This document shows, one piece after another, positions 63,173 through 64,000 of a DNA stretch of 64,000 bases. Location: positions 4,747 to 68,746 of the forward strand of contig CBCPLQ010000014.1 in assembly GCA_965119435.1 (NCBI GenBank). Direction: 5' to 3'. Source of the DNA: an uncultured Vagococcus sp. (GTDB taxonomy: Bacteria > Bacillota > Bacilli > Lactobacillales > Vagococcaceae). The notes under the pieces are model-generated. The model was not told where the DNA came from. It worked only from the letters and a program-made list of their open reading frames with translations, and searched no databases. Each line of letters opens with the position of its first letter. Within the stretch, counting starts at the first letter, position 1. Both the position numbers and the translations under genes were made by a program.

Positions 63173-64000
63173 TTACTTACCAAGCTCAGCTAATAAATAA
63201 GTATAGATTTCTAAATTTTTTAATAAGTCTTCACGAGTCATATACTCATTTTTATTGTGAGCGATTCCTTTTTGACCAGGAAATGAGGGGCCAAAAGCAA
63301 TAATGTTAGGCATTGAGCGAGCGTAAGTTGCGCCTGTTGTCGTTACAGGAGTTCCATCTAGACCAGTAACTCGCTCATAAACAGTGGTCATTGACTTTAT
63401 CATGGGATGATTTTTATCAAAATATGTCGAAGGAAGCTCTCTTATTACGTTAATAGTTGAAAAAGGCGGTAGTGAATTTTTAAGCCCATCTAAAATAGCT
63501 CCCTTTTGGATAGAGACAGGATAACGAATAGAGAGAACTAATTTAATTTTATTATTTGTTATTAAAAAATCCGAGGGAGTGATAGATAGATAGCCAGATT
63601 CATCGTCATAAAAATTAATGTTTAATCCACTGCCATCGTGTTTGTTATGTAGGCTATCAGTTAACCAATTTAAGTAAGAATTAAATTGGCCTAAAACCAG
63701 TTTTTTATCAACCATTTCTTTTGCAAATAATGTAATGACATTCTCTCCTAAGTCAGGAGCGTTACTAGGTGCCCGTTTACCATTGATTTGATAATTCTTA
63801 TTATCAAGTGTAATATTTAATAAATCAGGAATTGAGCTACGGTCGAAATTCCCCTCAAATTTAGTAAGAGGTTCTAGGGATTTATCTTCTATGGATGTTT
63901 CAATTTCCAAGGATATGATCCCGCGTTCCCCGTAAACAGCAGGGTATTTACAATCAGGTGTATAACCGTAAATAGGGGGTACTTCTTTTTCTAAATAAAG
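63173..64000 (-). CDS. M20 (Sapep/PepV-type) dipeptidase, C-terminal part (starts beyond the window)
   Basis: Frame is open from base 64000 (GYTPDCKYPAVYGERG), then GATYAR, AFGP, AHNKNE. Confidence 0.85.
   Translation of the reverse strand, partial: LYLEKEVPPIYGYTPDCKYPAVYGERGIISLEIETSIEDKSLEPLTKFEGNFDRSSIPDLLNITLDNKNYQINGKRAPSNAPDLGENVITLFAKEMVDKKLVLGQFNSYLNWLTDSLHNKHDGSGLNINFYDDESGYLSITPSDFLITNNKIKLVLSIRYPVSIQKGAILDGLKNSLPPFSTINVIRELPSTYFDKNHPMIKSMTTVYERVTGLDGTPVTTTGATYARSMPNIIAFGPSFPGQKGIAHNKNEYMTREDLLKNLEIYTYLLAELGK

Noticed and set aside
63173-63910. Apparent 245-aa complete ORF starting at TTG
   Set aside because: The frame is open to the window edge, so this is a truncated view of a longer gene and not a pseudogene.

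Overview
A gene-dense, AT-rich chromosomal window from a low-GC Firmicute. Gene content and order (maltose malP/malT/mapP locus, busR-opuA, mptR-mptBACD-manO, oppA-DUF3899-oppBCDF) point to Enterococcaceae; this is an inference. Most genes lie on the + strand. The window is mainly nutrient uptake and catabolism: a fructose-family PTS with a GH38 alpha-mannosidase, GH1 and ROK kinase; a maltose locus; a glycine-betaine ABC transporter with BusR; a GH73-LysM-M23 autolysin; engB; a probable arginine ABC transporter with an aminotransferase; a LicT-type beta-glucoside operon; three OppA lipoproteins plus OppBCDF; pepT; a lipoprotein fumarate reductase; a sigma54-dependent mannose PTS; and the distal end of a glycosylasparaginase/dipeptidase cluster. 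I saw no rRNA, tRNA, IS, prophage or CRISPR array. The most interesting signals are regulatory or pathway-level. (1) Two copies of a divergent RAT element show a compensatory base change, and the second is coupled to a Shine-Dalgarno-sequestering hairpin instead of a terminator, suggesting translational control by a LicT protein. (2) A PTS-GH38-kinase-GH1 cluster could degrade an alpha-mannosyl-beta-glycoside such as an N-glycan core fragment. (3) A Met T-box with a 2-nt-short antiterminator bulge precedes oppA-pepT. (4) A motif is shared between the MptR promoter and a 21-bp inverted repeat upstream of the sigma54 promoter. (5) An orphan MazG-like gene is present. All calls come from reading the sequence; no database searches were run.
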